A DNA stretch of 64,000 nucleotides from Rhynchopus sp. YZ270_cl-10 (lineage: Eukaryota). A model generated the notes under the pieces. That model made no database searches. It was not told where the DNA came from and was given only the letters and a program-made list of their open reading frames with translations. The position numbers and the translations under genes were made by a program. The stretch spans positions 1,922,001 to 1,986,000 of the forward strand of contig OZ037836.1 in the NCBI GenBank assembly GCA_964035575.1, in the 5' to 3' direction. Positions 49,014-61,199 of this stretch are shown piece by piece. Position 1 is the first letter of the stretch. The number at the start of each line of letters is the position of its first letter.

Positions 49014-50804
49014 ACCATACCCCTATGCACCAAAGAACTTCGAGGGTCAAAGCATTTTTTTTTATATAGGTCAAACGCAGTTGATGGTGGTCCAATCATT
49101 TTCGGTTTGTATAATTTCCTTACAAACCGTACACGTGCCTCTTTGTTTGTTGAAAACAAAAAAAGAAAAAATTGAGGTGGGAAGCGTACAACTAACAAAC
49201 TCTCCCCTCCTGTTTCGTTTCCCGTTTTTCCTGTGTGCGTGAAGATATAGCTATTGACACCTGTAGTGTTTTTATTTTCTTCTTTTTTTTTGTTCTTCTT
49301 GGCAGGCCAGTCTCTCTAGAACGCTGAAATGCTGTGTCGGCAAAATATATACATTTGCTCATACAAAACATGGAACGGAACGGAACGTTGTGTGTTTGTT
49401 TTCATAAGATTTTGTTTGTGTCTGTCCGGGAGGGGCCATCTGATTTTTTTTTGACCCGAGTTTGTCGGTGTTTTGGCGGTGTTGGGATGAATCACAAAGC
49501 AGGTGTAGGGGGGTAAAAAATCCCACCTTAGTTTTTTGAAATCCTGAAAACGCACCTTACGGTATTAGCTCCCTGATATTTCTTGTGATGTAAATTTGAA
49601 TTTTTTATTTTAAATTTTAGGTTTTTTGGTGCTCCTGAAATAAAAAATACCAAGTACGCAACAAGTACGCAAAATGGGGTTTTCAGGAGCACCATTTTTT
49701 TTATTTCAAAGTGATTACGCATACAAGTGAGAGTTCAAGATATTGCTTCATTTTCTTTTTGTGTTATCTGGGTGGGGTGTGTTTCCTTCTGAGGTGACCA
49801 AGCATGAGAGGCTTAGGTTCATCCGATAAACGTTTTCCTCTTATTTTCCTCCGTTTTGCAACTCCTCCCCAAACAAATTCCCCCGTTTTCATGAATGATC
49901 TGAACAGCGAGCAGTGGATCCCAGAAAATATGTTACAAATCGCAGGTGGAAAAAAAGTAGTAAAAGGCTGGGGGAGCGCAGACCCCCCCTTTTAGGTTTT
50001 GTACTTACTACAAAGCCTATTCACTTTACTCCTTACTTCTTCTCTATGTACCCCATTCAGGAGCAGCTGTGATGCTGTGCCCCGCCTTTTCTAGCTAGCA
50101 CTTTTGTTTTTTGTTTTTTCCCCGGTGTCCAGAGTTTCCGCCAGGATTTGGGGTTTCAAGAATTGGAGCGGGCTATCAAAAAGACCCCCCAAAATAAATT
50201 TGTTTTCTTCCCGCAAAAGCGGTCGTCGCAGGGGGTGGAGAGGCGAAGGGGTGTGCTGATGCCAACACCAGGGTTTGATAGCAAGCCATGGTAATCTTCA
50301 CAGCTGTGTTGTCTGTCTTGTTGAGGTGGTTTGTTTGGAGGTCAGAACTATTGGGTGATCTATGATCGTCTCCGTGAGACACGTAACAGGCTGCGAGACG
50401 AGCTTGTGAGAGAGTCTGTGAGAGCCTGTCAGAGCTTACTGAGAGCTAGTGGAAAAATCTCTCTCCCGTTCATAGGTCACTATGCCATATATAACCCAAC
50501 AAATGGTTTTTTTTTTGTCAAGAAGTTGGGACTTCCTGTTCGCGAACAGTTCACAGCTGCTCTCCACAGGGGGGACCTCTACCTAGATACTACGTTACAC
50601 TGCGTTGTTGTCTGCAAAAATAATAAAACCTACATCCTCGAAACTTTTCTACACAAATGATTTCATTGAACGCATCCTCCAGGACCCTAAGGACCCTGAG
50701 GGACGCTGCGCGAACAAAACATACCCCCCACCCGATCGCCGACCTAAACGGCAAGTATACAAACAAAAGATGAATACAGAACAAAAGAGGAATACTGAAC
50801 CTTG

Positions 50805-51648
50805 TAAACTACAAGTACACCAACAAAAGAGGAATACAGAACAAAAGAGGAATACTGAACCTTGTAACGACCGCCAAAGGCCAAATACCGCCAGTGTGAA
50901 CCTTTATAAGGACCTCCGAAACTACGGGCTCTTGTCCTCACATCTCGGGAGGAGTCCGCCTTTTTAACCACCGGGAGCCGAAGCCCATTTGGCGTCAACA
51001 GGATTCGTAAGTCGTAGTCTCTCCCGTCTCCGTAAATCAACCCTTGCTACGAAAGGCTTCCTATGTACGATGAACAGAGAGCGGGAAAGCTTCACTACGG
51101 AGTTGTGTGCTATGAGCCTGTACTGTATGCCGCGTGCTAGTAGGCTACTCCAACAAGAGTACCGGACGGTGATGAGAGGCAAATAGCAACAGTACACCAA
51201 AGGTTGCAACTGCGAATAACCAGGCTATAACAAACTACAAGTACACAAACAAAAGAAGAACACAGAACAAAAGAGGAATCCTGAACCTTGTAACGACCGC
51301 CAAAGGCCAAATCCCACCAGTGTGAACCTTTATAAGGACCTCCGAAACTACGGGCTCTTGTCCTCACATCTCGGGAAGAGTCCGCCTTTATAAGCACCGG
51401 GAGCCGAAGCCCATTTGGCGTCAACAGGATTCGTAAGTCGTAGTCTCTCCCGTCTCCCTTGCTACGAAAGGCTTCCTATGTACGATGAACAGAGAGCGGG
51501 AGAGCTTCACTACGGAGTTGTGTGCTATGAGCCTGTACTGTATGCCGCGTGCTAGTAGGCTACTCCAACAAGAGTACCGGCACGGTGATGAGAGGCAAAT
51601 AGTAACAGTACACCAAAGGTTGCTACTGTGAATAACTAGGCTATAACA
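50805..51648. repeat. Tandem duplication, period about 420 bp
   Basis: About 50805-51230 is repeated at about 51231-51648 with small indels. Confidence 0.9.
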
Positions 51649-51649
51649 G

Positions 51650-54600
51650 AGTCACTGAGAGCGACCAGCACGAATAGACACCACTGTGGGCCTCCGCAGT
51701 GAGACGTACAGCTTGAAACGGTGCGAAGTGCCAGAGAGCGAATTAATAGGCAACATTGGCCACAGTATGAAATGTGTTTTCTTTCCTCTCTTCAAGAAAA
51801 GATCTTTACTTATTAAGTTTTGGTTGAGACACATCAATGGTGTCGGGTCTGTGAAGTCACTGAACTATCCAAATATTGAATTATATCGTTAATTATTCGT
51901 ACCCTGCGTTGACCTGACTGCAGGGGAGTTCGCGAACTATCACGACCAGGAATTTTTAAAAAAGATGAAAGCAGAGAGTTAAGAGGGGAAGAATAGCAAA
52001 AAACGATGTAGGAAAAGGTTTTACCTGACCAGTGGATTCTCCTGCGTCAGTTTACTCTTTCACAGAACCAAGCAGTGAGACGTAACTAGCGAACGGTGCT
52101 CCCTCTTGACATGGACATGCCACCCCGGTATCACTGTAAAGGAACCGGCCGTAAATGAGAGATAAATGTGCATCCGCAGCTTTGCCATAATTGTGCACTA
52201 AATAGGTAGCAACAGTGCGCGTTGGAGACGGGTCCACCCAATAGCACAGTTCCACTCATGGAAAATAAAACTGCACTTCTACGTACAGCTTTGCATTTGT
52301 CTCTGAGCTAGCGGTGACCTGCATATTCCCAAACTCGTGTCACACTGCTTTACCCTATTTCGCTCTTATTGTCCAGAATCACTGTTCTTGCTGTAACGAC
52401 CATTCCCCCACTCAGAGAGGTCGGCCCGACGATCCAGTGCACGAGACCACAGGCCAGAGGCTCTGGGCCCGATAGGCTAGAGAAATCGTAGACGTCGGTA
52501 AATATGTAGTATGGCTCGGAGGGGTCGCGACGCTTCTCCTGTGGTGGGGAGTGGTTAGAGTAATAAGGGAATAAAACACATCAGAGAGTAGTGAACTGTA
52601 TGTAAAATAGTCTGGAACAGCGCGCTCACCGGCCGCCAACGTGGGATACAAAAGACGCACCAGCTGTGCTCCAGCCCGGCAGCAAATAGAAAGAAGAGTG
52701 TATAAAATGACCCTAAGCCTCTCGTGCTTAGCCACCTTATCGCGGAGCAACATTTTGCGCAGGCCTCCACAAGTATAAGTCCCACACTACTATAAGTCCG
52801 GGTGCGCCAATGGATCAGAGGAAGACAACAGCGCTCCAACCACAAATAGATGCTCCCTGTGTGTGATAGGGGACCACATGTGAAACAAGTACAATACAAT
52901 GATTGAAGGCACTCAAGTCACCCTTACGCATGTCACTAGCGTCCGACAATGAGGAGGCCTTTGAACTGTAAAAATATTAAATATGATGATATGAACTAAA
53001 GTCTCTTCTGTTAAAATGACATTGATATAATATACAAGTATGAAACAAACATGACGGAACCCAAACGTGAACCTAGTCCTCGAATACCGGGGAACCATGT
53101 GTCATTATCGCAACTCTGCGACACTACCGCGAGCTCGCACGCATCACTGAAACAGATGCGGTTGCACAGCATGCCACCGCTGAACAGATGAATACATGAG
53201 AGCTGCGGCAGCATAAAGTACAGATCGGTTCCGCCCTCGGACTGTAAAAAAGGTGTTGGTAACCTGAAGGTATCTGGTGTCCTGCTCCTGAGACGCTTCA
53301 ACCCAGAGGGGTGAAAAGCAACGTCGTTACGCCGCAGATTTTGTACTGAGTCCGCACATCATTAGGTGTATCGGGGAACCCCTGAGAGGTACACATCACG
53401 GTGGTGGGCAGTACTGAGGCGGCCTGGTCTGCACACCCCAACAAAAACGATCACCATCTCGTTCCCGAATAAACGTTGCAAACAATGCGTACAAAAGAAC
53501 CGCTGTGAAGAGCACAGAAAGTCCTCAACCCCATAGACGCTCAACGTGCCGTAGACAAGCCAGTCCAAAACGGAGAAGCCTCCACTGAAGCACCACGCAG
53601 GACACGTACAGAACGGCCTCGTGCTATGCTACGATACAGAGGCCAGGATGGCTGGAAACATAGAGATCGTCTTCGCCACCGTCAGGGTTAGACACAGTTC
53701 CTCAAAACACAGATAAGTGCTCGAGAGAGTCGCCTGCCCACGCAGGATTCTGTTTGCACCACCGCACTGCGGACGACCCCCCTTCGGCAGTTCTCGTTCA
53801 GGTGTAGTCGACAACTCCTCCCTCTGCGCGGCACAAGCAACTCGGTGGACACTGAAGACTTCACTGTCGCGCAAGGGGAGACGACTGAGTTCGAAAGACC
53901 GATGCTGCAACGGGCGAAAAATAACCGTATTCAGTGTCCTCTTAAAGGACGGGCAATTTCCCAAGGGAGGTGCAGTACCGTCTGACAACATCGGCACTAT
54001 CTTCGCTGGAAACACGAAGCACGCGGCGCTGCTTAACACGCACGCCTCGGGAAACCTTGTGGAGATGACGCAGATCAGCGACGATGCGTTTCACCGTACG
54101 CGCGTTTGCGTCGAACCCGATGAGACGTTCAATGATCAGAGCTAAACGCCTGGGACGGGGACCACTAATACTAAGACTTCCCCAGAGCCGTTCATCGATG
54201 GCTAGCTCGTTGATTTGTCTGGGCGAAGAAAACGATGCTGACTACCCCGAGAACCCTCCATCTGGAACTCTCGACAAGCAGCGAAGGCCGTATCGTGCTC
54301 ATCTGTGACGACACGTCTGGGTGCGCATCTCTGCTGCAACGGAAGGGTGACAGTCCCTTTGCAGTGGACCGTCAGATGTGACGGCAATGCATTTTAAATA
54401 CACCGTACCATACGACACTCTCAGAAGGGGAGGCGTAGGACGTATGCTGCCATTAGGAAGCCCTCTCTTGGTACTGTATGCCGCTGCCATCTGCTAGAGA
54501 CACCACCCACTGCCACTCATAGGCATCTCGGCCTCAGGGACACCCTAACCCCCCGTATACATCGGAGACGAAGGCGCACAATGCGATCGGCAAACGTGAG

Positions 54601-54700
54601 CAGCGGAGCAAATCCCCAGTACAGAGTTGATGCCTGTTCCATATGTGTCTGCACTTTCATAGTGCAGCGCGCAGAAACCCCGTGTAGCGAAGTCCACCGT
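51650..54700 (-). mobile_element. Possible heavily decayed retroelement or coding relic
   Basis: Coding-like composition without a long ORF. Weak RNase H-like text (YWVDPS...NYGKAADAHL) and Cys-rich fragments on the minus strand. Confidence 0.25.
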
Positions 54701-54749
54701 GCAGAGGCATGTCTTCAATCACAACCAAAGCAGATGCGTAACTGATAAC

Positions 54750-54900
54750 AATGCAACGTCACAGTGGTTCTCGAGAAGAAGTAGGATGGAATCGCAGTCG
54801 CAGCTCCTGCCTGCAGGAGCAAACAAGCCACCTTCGGATAATTGCATACATCAGTCACCATATTGAAGCCAAACCTCTTCGGATCAGTCACCTGCTCCAA
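54750..54900 (-). pseudogene. Decayed subfamily B UBL-LRR fragment on the minus strand
   Basis: PKVACLLLQAGAATAIPSYFFSRTTVTL matches the family motif PEVACLLLQAEVATVIPxxFLxxTSLTRL. Confidence 0.75.
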
Positions 54901-55248
54901 CCGTTAGCCAGCAGCAAAACTAATATGAGCCGAAACTGATGAAAGCGGGGATGTGTAGGACGATCGTCTTTCATAACAGCGCCTCCTACCCCCCTCTGGC
55001 ACCTGGCCAGCTGTGGCTAAATAAATAGGAAGCCACGACGCACAGAAGTCAGCCGCGTCCTGTTTGAGGCTCAGCTCCAGTGGTGCTACCTTCAAACGTA
55101 CCACAAACAAAGAGGACCCATCGCTTCGTCAGCGGGCTGACTCCGCCCAAAACTAGCTCTTCTTTTTCATCGTCATCTTCATCTTCTTCATTTGGAAAAG
55201 TTGATGACGTGTTGACACCTCGCAATGAAGCACATTTTTTTTTTTTTT

Positions 55249-55293
<45 letters not shown>

Positions 55294-55852
55294 CTAATTA
55301 TTTATTTGAAACGCAGAGTTTGTTTTGGCCCCGTCTGTGAGTGTTGGTTGAATTGGAGTCGGGGAGCACAGGTTGGGGAGGAAAGAGAGAGAGGAAACAA
55401 ATACAAGACTATCGAATTATACACACGAATTCATCCTTCGATTCCAAAAAGGTCCGATCCTTACAGTTTGTATTATTTCCTAACAACCACTCCGTTGCAC
55501 TGCGTTACGCTGCGTTACACTGCGTTGTTGTCTGCAAGAACAGAAAAATAGGAATCAAAAAAAAATCAAAAAAAAAAAAAAATAAAAATAGAACTTTGTA
55601 AGCCACCGCTTTCCGTCCTCTCTCCAAAAAGAAAGAACGAAAGAAAACGCCCCCGCCCCCCTCACTGGGCCCCCCCAGTTGACTGCAGTACTGAGGGCAC
55701 AGCCCGGTCCATTTCCCCCACCTCCGAACATTCAATTTTTAAACGTTTGTGAAACGCTGCCCCCCCGGATAGCACCATATTTCTTGTCTTGTCCTCCACA
55801 CCCCACCACCACACGCAGAGCTCAGAACACACAAAAAAACCACAACAAACAA

Positions 55853-58800
55853 ATGGACGTGCACTTCGAGGATTTCAGAGCGAATCAGCACACAGTTGAG
55901 GTGGGTGCAGATGACACAGTGGAGGGCTTGCGGCGTCTGCAATGGGGTTGCCTGAAGACGGCTTTTGCATGAGTTTTGGAGACGAAGCGATGGGAGAAGG
56001 ATACGACATGACGCAGCTGAGTGCTGGTGACACAATCATCCTCACAAAAACGCAGAATGCAGGCACGACAGGCTGGGACGCCCACGCTCCCGACGAAACT
56101 GGAAGGCACCATCGACGCATGCGGACCGCTAGCAGGTAAGGTGGGATGCCTCCCGCTGACTCAAGGTGAGAAAGCAGGCATCATGCAGGCTGCAGTGATG
56201 TCGAAATCTGTGTACGGTATCACGGTGCAGGACCCACCTGGGAAATACGTGAACAGTCTTGCAACTGCAGTGGAGAAAGGGGTCCACGGCGTGAACAAGA
56301 TGAATCGGCGAAGCGTACCGGTCATGCTGAATGTCTTCGAGAAAGGCCATCTGCTCGACCCCTCAGTGGCATTCGACTACAGAAGGATCATGACGTGGGC
56401 GGCGATGATACGCAAATCGGATGAGATCTGTTCGCTGGTCGAAAAGTGCAGGTTACGTGCGAAAGCGAAGCAGGCGAAGACTGGAGGACCCATCGGGTTG
56501 ATTGCGCGAGCCCTCAGCCGCCTTGCGTGGTCGTGGATAGACACGACAAAGGTGAAAACGCACGATGGGAGCATCGTTGATGTGAAGACGGTAAGCTTGG
56601 GTAGACTGGGCCACGTTGTGCGAGAACGGATGTTCTTCATTCGACTCTCCCGTACGAAGACGACTGCGAAGGTCAATGGCAAAGGCAGAGCTAACCTGAA
56701 GGGTATTGAAGCGGGGGTGGATAAGGAGAAAACCCTTGCTCTCACCCGAAGCAAAACTTTGACGGATTACGAGGCGGGGACGCTGCGACACATTGTAGCT
56801 GACGGTGCGATAACGGGGGTGCGACTTGCGAGAGCGCGCATACGGGACTCGGCCATCTGCGTTCACTGCGAAGCGGGGGTGGACGAAAATCACAAACACT
56901 TGTGGTGGGAATGTGAAGCATGGAGTAGCATTCGTGCGGAGTACCCCTTGCTGTTGGACATTGACAGAACGACCTGGCCAAACTGTCTCGCTATCTGCGG
57001 CATGTGCACACCGGACACACCTTTGGAATGCGCCCGTGTTGCAGACCTGCAGAAGATGATGGTGCGCATCCTCATCGCACGCTCCAAGTGGAGCAGACCG
57101 GAAGCGGCGAACCCGCGACTGCAAGAAGACCGATACCCGTGGACGTGGGCACCGGAGTTGGACACGACGACGCAACACGCGAACAGTTTGGTGGACTACA
57201 CCCCCCTGAAAAGGAGGTGGCCGTATGGACGTGCTCTGCTGCTGGCGTTTGCCTCCTGGCTGGGTGGTTTACAATGGAGCGACGAAGCTGGACGTGAAGT
57301 CTCCCACATGGAGCTGCTCATCGACTTCGAGGTTGCCACAGGGATGGACATCCGACCTGGGGACAAGACCGGCAGAATAGCGCCGAAGCTGAAGCAGCCG
57401 AGGGCTGGGACTGGGGAAGAAGACAACAATGGGGGGGAAGACGACGGGAGTGGGGAAGACGACGATGATGACGACGTGGTGCCAGTAGCGCTGGCCCACA
57501 GAGAAATGGCGAAGACGACCACCTTTGGGCATATGTTGGCTTCACTCAGAACCTTTTCGGAGAGCTCTCTCCATCCGGGGAAGGTGAAGGTAACGCATGT
57601 TCTCGCTTCGTTTGGGGCGAACGCCATCACAGGCATCGACCGCCGTCCTATCTTTGCCGGCGGAGAAGAAACGTTGAAGGCATTGCGTGCGCTATACGAT
57701 GCTGGTGTGGCGTACCGTCTGCAACGCAGCTCCGAAGGCATGTCTGAGGTGGAGCTCCGTGGTGGCGATAGAGCGAGAGGTACATGGATGGGGGAGTATT
57801 CTGCTGAGACGGCGTACCCCTCCACAGAAGTTAGAGGCAGGAGGGCACTACCATTCATCCAGCGGGCTGAACAGGAGACATCTGCGCATGCTCGCTACCG
57901 GCACCATGAGCACGTGCGTCCAGGGGATGCACCCGTGAAGGCACCTGAAGGAGCGGTTCCGATCTTCCAGTTTGCGATATGTGTGCTGCACCGGAAGACG
58001 AAGTGTGATGCCTGCTCGAAGAACGCCCAGGCAGACCTGATGCATTGCTGCTTTGCGCACCACTCCGACGACGACGGGTTACCGATCCGACACGAAGCAT
58101 GCACTAAGCATAGACTCTCGAGGTGCGGGAACTGTGTGCAAGAGAAGAGTACGCTGGAGCACTGCTGCCGCCGCCACCACGACACCTCGAAGGGGCGACA
58201 GACGACGCTGGGAGGCTTCTTCAAGAAGAAGCAGACGAAGCAGAAGGATGGGCACAGCAGGGGCGGTGATGGACTTATGTAACATCACCTCCACGATGTA
58301 TTGTATCACCTATCTCGGATAGGGGTGCATGCATCGAAAACGGGCCCCCACCTCACAAAAACGCAGAAGTACGAAGCCATTGCAGAGCTTCGTGCGTTGG
58401 GTGTGACCGACCTGACTGGAGAATCCTGAGGTGGCGTGTTTGCTTCTGCAGGCGGAGGTTGCGACTGTCATTCCTGATGGGTTCTTGAGGGAGTCATCGT
58501 TGACGCGCCTTGATCTCAGTGCTGTGTCCTTTGTGACACAGATTGGAGACAACTTCCTCGAGGAGTGCACCTCGTTGACAAGTGTCGACCTCTCTGGGTT
58601 GAGCAATGTGACCCTGATTGGCAGTCACTTTCTTTGGGGCTGCAACTCTTTACCCACCCTGGATCTGACACCACTCCACAACGTTACGAGGATTGGGATT
58701 TGCTTTCTTGACGACAACTCTTTAACCACCCTGGATCTGACACCACTCAGCAACGTTACGAGGATTGAGGGCTGCTTTCTTCACGGCTGCAACTTTTTAT

Positions 58801-59027
58801 CCGCCCTGGATCTGACACCACTTGACGAGGTTGAGTACGTAGGTTTGGGTTTTGCTATGAACTGCACTTCGTTGACAAGTATTTACCTTTCCGGCTGCAG
58901 CAGTGCTGTGTCCGACGCAGTAAGGGAGAGAGAGGATCTGAAGCATCTTGTGGTTGAAGCACGTCCGAAACGCAGCAGAGACGAATCCCCCGATCAAGCA
59001 CACAAACGACAGAGACACGCACAATGA
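55853..59027 (+). pseudogene. UBL-LRR subfamily B copy disrupted by a LINE and two frameshifting deletions
   Basis: Starts MDVHFEDFRANQHTVEV. 10-nt deletion near 55935, LINE at 56058-58350, 20-nt deletion near 58416. Ends RPKRSRDESPDQAHKRQRHAQ*. Confidence 0.88.
56058..58350 (+). mobile_element. 5'-truncated non-LTR retrotransposon with 18-bp TSD; ORF open to 58282
   Basis: TSD CCTCACAAAAACGCAGAA at 56040-56057 and 58351-58368. Post-RT motif KVGCLPLTQGEKAGIMQAAVMSKSVYG, CCHC finger CVHCEAGVDENHKHLWWEC, 68-bp 3' UTR without poly(A). RT core absent, consistent with 5' truncation. Confidence 0.85.
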
Positions 59028-60574
59028 CGACGTGGTGTGCTGGTGGCAGGGGATAAAGGGAAGGACTGGAAGAAGGGTACGAAGGGAGGTGGGGATGGGG
59101 CCGGTAGGTACTGCCTACTCTACTCGTCTGCACAAACTTTACAACACAAAGAAAGACACAAAAACATAGGAGGCATAAAGCAGGGAAAGGGGTTGAGGGA
59201 CAGGAGGATAGCGATAGGTAAGAAGCGGACCATATCTACTCCACTAATCGGGTCGAGAAAAAATGTCGTGAATTCAGAGTAGGGTTGGCGTTCGGTTCAA
59301 AACGCACGTTTTGAAGCGATCGGAGCCTTATTTGCACCTTCAAATGCGAGTATCCATTTTTGAAAAAGTGACTTTTTGGCTGATGTTGTCTGAGGGTGTG
59401 GAAAAACCATACCAGGTTCGAAAATAATAGGGCTGATAATTTTTGGATTGTTGCGCTTTTGCTGCCCCCTTTTTGTACCACAGTGGACTGGCTGAGTACC
59501 CCCTGCACAACTATGCTTGTGCACGAGAGAGGCCCCATGGAGCTTTCAAGGTTTCGTTCTTTCGTTCAATTACCCCTCATTTGTGTGTGGGAATATTTTT
59601 GTGCTGTGAGAGAAATGTGCAGGGTTGGACCCCTGTAGTCATGATAAAAGCCATGCCGCCATTGAGCGACTCATAGGCGCATGAGTGATAGACGTTGTCG
59701 CTGTGGTATCCCGCCTCGCAGAGGAAGGTGTTTTTGACACAGCAACTTCGTGAGTCAGTATCGGTCTGCGAATCAAATTGAAAACGGCGTGTTTGCGCGT
59801 CATATCGCAGAGGATAGAGAAACTGAAGAAAGTCATGATACAGTCATCCAACAAACGTTGGTGGGTAAAAACGTTGGTGGGTAAAAAGGTTGGTGGATTT
59901 GGGGTCTCGAAAAAATTTGGTGGGTTTTTTGGATTAGAACTGCATTTTTGAGTTTCCTTTACGTGGACCCCTATGCCCCTATGCCCCTATGCCCCTATGC
60001 CCTTCCTCCCCTCCCCCACTTCCACCCAAACCCGGTCCAGATTGAAAAAATAATACCGCAAAAGTAAAAAAAGATGACCCCATATACAAAACTTACGTAA
60101 AGCCAACAAAAACGATAGTGGCCAAGTTCACAAGGAACACATAGTGGAGCACATCCTCGGGTGTCCACACTAATACAACGAAGCTTTCAAAAATTCAAAA
60201 CAAAAGACCTCTCTCCCCTTTGTAACTTGTTTCAAGACCTCTCACTGTGGGTCTTGTGTGGTCACGAAGGTTGTTCGCCCCTACGTGGGTGCAATTCACG
60301 CAGTACCGTGCCTTCTCTTGAGTGCAAAAGGGGTACGTTAGGGGACATCGCTTCAGTAGGGAAGGTGTATCCACAGTTTTATGGGGCTGAAGGGCTGGCA
60401 GAGGTTTTTATCGATGAAAGGAGTGGGGATGAGGATGAGGAAGACGGAGACGAAATTTCTCCGAAAAGCAGAAAGGCGAATACAAACAAAACCATTCCAC
60501 ATAACAGCGGTGCTAGAACGAAGCCTGAACGGCGGAGCCTTTGCTCCCATCTCTTTTGGTGGTCTCACAGTAAC

Positions 60575-60774
60575 CGCCCACGCCCACGCCCACGCCCACG
60601 CCCACGCCCACGCCCACGCCCACGCCCACGCCCACGCCCACGCCCACGCCCACGCCCACGCCCACGCCCACGCCCACGCCCACGCCCACGCCCACGCCCA
60701 CGCCCACGCCCACGCCCACGCCCACGCCCACGCCCACGCCCACGCCCACGCCCACGCCCACGCCCACGCCCACG
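60575..60774. repeat. (CGCCCA)n microsatellite, about 33 copies
   Basis: Perfect hexamer array inside a ~0.9-kb insertion in the conserved 5' flank of the 61200 gene. Confidence 0.98.
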
Positions 60775-60805
60775 GCCCACGGCCCACCCATTTCGCAGTT
60801 GAGTA

Positions 60806-60973
60806 CACCACGGTGAAGTCAATGACCTGACATGTGCATTTGACATGTGCTTACTTACCATGTAACTTGTTTTTACATGTGCGGTAACGTATATTGGCCG
60901 TAAAAATGTCATGTGTTTCACATGTCATTTTACATGTAAAAGCACATGTCATGTCATTGACTTCACCGTCGTG
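60806..60973. mobile_element. 168-bp MITE with TA TSD
   Basis: TA-CACCACGGTGAAGTCAATGAC...GTCATTGACTTCACCGTCGTG-TA, with internal ACATGT repeats. Confidence 0.85.
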
Positions 60974-61199
60974 TAGGTTAGACACCCTTGGAATATATCA
61001 CGGGTACTTTTATGTCATTGGCCCCACAACTGTAGGGACTTCACGCGAAGCTGTCGGCTAACTGCAGTTCCCTTCGCAACACATTTCACGTCGCAAGGGC
61101 ATTAGCAGGAGTGTCGAACGACTTGACTGATCAACGTGTCCTGCTTGATTCTTATTCTACCCCCAAAACACTTTGCACAAAACAGAGAGACACAAAACC

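Noticed and set aside
56021..56057. ORF-track start of the 753-aa protein as a host-LINE fusion
   Set aside because: It is out of frame with the host UBL; the element begins at 56058.
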